Notes under the pieces: generated by a model
Seen by the model: only the letters and a program-made list of their open reading frames with translations
Told to the model about the DNA's origin: nothing
Databases searched by the model: none
Shown: in pieces, positions 63,473 through 64,000 of the stretch
Position numbering within the stretch: the first letter of the stretch is position 1
Layout of the letters: the number at the start of each line of letters is the position of its first letter
From: Octopus vulgaris
Taxonomy: Eukaryota
Direction of reading: 5' to 3'
NCBI GenBank assembly: GCA_951406725.2
Contig: OX597824.1
Span: 97,464,001-97,528,000 of the forward strand
DNA length: 64,000 nucleotides
Translations under genes and position numbers: made by a program

Positions 63473-64000
63473 TAAATAGATAGATAGATACACTTATATA
63501 CATAGATATATATATATATTTATATATAAATATATATTTCGTTTTTGGATTTTTATCCAAGCACCCAAAGGACCCAACCCTCAGACAAGTACAGGGTTTG
63601 TCCTCATAAATTAAACATCTCCACTACTAAATAACAAATACACGTAGTAGGTAATTATACCACATACCCACAGTTTATATTTATATACAGGTAGAATAGT
63701 TAGTGGGCCGTTATACAGATGTGTGTGTGTATAAGTATATATACATGTATGTTAGTGAATGGATATGAATATAAACAGATAGACATAGAGACGGATAGGT
63801 ACATCGGTAATATGAACAGACAAACACACATACATACACATAACCAAATGAAGACTGAAACACATGATCATATACACACACACTTCACTTCACACAAGGA
63901 CACATATACGGACACACAACCATACATACAGACACTGTACATAGTCACAAAAACCCATACACACATACAGACATGCACACTCAGCAGTGGTACACCCACA

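Overview
AT-rich, repeat-saturated eukaryotic DNA with no host protein-coding exon that I can support. Almost every ORF in the track is a translated microsatellite (YI, CV, HT, LSIY runs). The mix of tRNA-headed SINE families, long (TA)n/(CA)n/(GATA)n/(TAA)n tracts and Dong/R4, CR1 and RTE LINE debris looks like an octopus (coleoid cephalopod) intron or gene desert; this organism call is inference from recalled repeat families, not a database result. Identifiable content: about 30 SINE copies from three families, five Dong/R4-clade fragments (mostly tied to (TAA)n), a CR1 3' end, an RTE fragment and a non-autonomous Helitron with intact termini. The most interesting signal is a set of short non-coding elements, mostly inserted in (TA)n tracts, that carry type-I minimal hammerhead-ribozyme (HHR) motifs: CYGANGA-like core, helix II, GAAAC, palindromic helix III, GUH. 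They occur as ~150-300 bp solo elements and as three unrelated 360-460 bp fold-back palindromes sharing GAAAC-AGCT-GTH on both strands. Some have non-canonical cores or very long, branched helix II. This suggests a diverse family of Penelope-pLTR/retrozyme-like elements. All folds were done by eye and self-cleavage is untested.
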